A stretch of DNA of 63,788 nt, filler included, from Octopus bimaculoides (taxonomy: Eukaryota): the NCBI RefSeq assembly GCF_001194135.2. It is 6 parts of 6 records of this genome, joined end to end, with 100 filler letters (N's around TTAATTAATTAA, not from the genome) between each part and the next. Parts side by side here need not be neighbours in the genome. Positions count along the whole stretch, not along the records: positions 59,073 to 63,788 come from NC_068987.1; 5 more parts are not named here. The stretch is one strand, 5' to 3'. The notes beneath the pieces were generated by a model. The model did not search any database. It was not told where the DNA came from and saw nothing but the letters and a program-made list of their open reading frames with translations. Position numbers and translations under genes: made by a program. Position 1 is the stretch's first letter. Every line of letters starts with the position of its first letter. Below are positions 61,816 to 63,788 of the stretch, piece after piece.

Positions 61816-63788
61816 ACCGGTTCATTTGTTTATATTTTGGCTTAAATTTTTACATTTGGCAACAAAAGCCAAATAATTAGGAACATTTTTACGGTTTTTC
61901 ACATTTATTGAATTANNNNNNNNNNNNNNNNNNNNNNNNNNNNNNNNNNNNNNNNNNNNNNNNNNNNNNNNNNNNNNNNNNNNNNNNNNNNNNNNNNNNN
62001 NNNNNNNNNNNNNNNNNNNNNNNNNNNNNNNNNNNNNNNNNNNNNNNNNNNNNNNNNNNNNNNNNNNNNNNNNNNNNNNNNNNNNNNNNNNNNNNNNNNN
62101 NNNNNNNNNNNNNNNNNNNNNNNNNNNNNNNNNNNNNNNNNNNNNNNNNNNNNNNNNNNNNNNNNNNNNNNNNNNNNNNNNNNNNNNNNNNNNNNNNNNN
62201 NNNNNNNNNNNNNNNNNNNNNNNNNNNNNNNNNNNNNNNNNNNNNNNNNNNNNNNNNNNNNNNNNNNNNNNNNNNNNNNNNNNNNNNNNNNNNNNNNNNN
62301 NNNNNNNNNNNNNNNNNNNNNNNNNNNNNNNNNNNNNNNNNNNNNNNNNNNNNNNNNNNNNNNNNNNNNNNNNNNNNNNNNNNNNNNNNNNNNNNNNNNN
62401 NNNNNNNNNNNNNNNNNNNNNNNNNNNNNNNNNNNNNNNNNNNNNNNNNNNNNNNNNNNNNNNNNNNNNNNNNNNNNNNNNNNNNNNNNNNNNNNNNNNN
62501 NNNNNNNNNNNNNNNNNNNNNNNNNNNNNNNNNNNNNNNNNNNNNNNNNNNNNNNNNNNNNNNNNNNNNNNNNNNNNNNNNNNNNNNNNNNNNNNNNNNN
62601 NNNNNNNNNNNNNNNNNNNNNNNNNNNNNNNNNNNNNNNNNNNNNNNNNNNNNNNNNNNNNNNNNNNNNNNNNNNNNNNNNNNNNNNNNNNNNNNNNNNN
62701 NNNNNNNNNNNNNNNNNNNNNNNNNNNNNNNNNNNNNNNNNNNNNNNNNNNNNNNNNNNNNNNNNNNNNNNNNNNNNNNNNACAATCACTCCAGCCGTCA
62801 CCCCCACCATCGCTGCTGCCACCACCACCACCACCACCACCAGATATTATAGAACCACGGTTGGTTGTGAAAACCTCTTGGTAACATCTTCAAGATTTGC
62901 AACTTGTTTGTTATGTTAGGATGGATTAATTAATTCCATGTTTGTCTCACATTCTCTCTCTTATTATTATTATCTCCTCACCCGTCCGTCCGTCCGTCAA
63001 CCAGACACCCAGTTCGTCTGCCTTGGTTCTCACCCTTTCTCTCGGAATATGTCTGTCTGTCTGTATGTCTCTCCCACCCTTCTACTCTGCAAACTCTTTC
63101 GCCAGTCATTACGACTCGATGCAATTTCTAACAAGCAAGTCGCGCGAGAAAAGACACCAGCCAAGCCGAAGTGTCATTCTTGTAATTAAGAATGTCACTA
63201 TGTTTAAGGGCTCATCGATTCTCCCCTAATACACCCCTTGCAGAGCAGGACAACNNNNNNNNNNNNNNNNNNNNNNNNNNNNNNNNNNNNNNNNNNNNNN
63301 NNNNNNNNNNNNNNNNNNNNNNNNNNNNNNNNNNNNNNNNNNNNNNNNNNNNNNCACACACATACAGAGATAGACACATGCATACATACTCATATACATA
63401 AAAAAAATTACGCACAAAATACACATCCACACACATGCAAATATTTTATCAATTTCCAATAAAAATTGTTATCGATTATAGGTATAGTTTCTGCTCATTA
63501 GCTCCAAATTGTTATGCCGAATCGATTTGTATTATCCCTAAAACCATTTCCATTCCGAAAACAAATCAAGATTCTAATAACTCCCCCCACACACACCACC
63601 ACCACCACCACCATCAGACTTGTCTCTGCAACTACGAGCACTTTCTCTGCAAAATAATCACGCCGTCTAACATATATTTTCTTACACACACACACACACA
63701 TACACACACACACATACACACACAAACATACACACACAAACGCACAAACACGTGCATACGTGAACATTCAGTGTATATATATATATAT

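Overview
AT-rich, microsatellite-dense animal genomic DNA with many N-gaps, most likely Octopus (inferred from the tRNA-derived SINE families, repeat landscape and molluscan-type calmodulin structure). Two spliced protein-coding genes can be reconstructed by hand, and the ORF track shows only pieces of them. (1) A minus-strand adhesion GPCR (ADGRG/GPR126-GPR64-like): three in-frame exons at 8010-7889, 5344-5221 and 2586-2442 encode the post-GPS stalk and TM1-TM4; no GAIN/GPS exon and no TM5-7 exons were found in the readable sequence. (2) A plus-strand divergent calmodulin paralogue: exons 43440-43470, 49535-49678, 50198-50440 and 51861-51889, plus an ATG-only coding exon whose best candidate is 12438-12503. 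The predicted protein is 149 aa and about 88% identical to canonical CaM (18 of 148 differences, by hand alignment). The rest is transposon debris: about 25 SINE copies of three families, five R4/Dong-like LINE fragments, a mariner relic, a Penelope RT relic, a hAT MITE with perfect TSD and an 877-bp foldback element. The most interesting leads are the CaM paralogue whose two radical C-lobe changes (G96E, R106H) are each one A-to-I edit from canonical CaM, a dense CRE/bZIP site cluster and an E-box/YY1 module upstream of its coding exons, and the unresolved (possibly nested or antisense) arrangement of the two genes. All regulatory and editing ideas are inference; nothing was searched or computed with tools.
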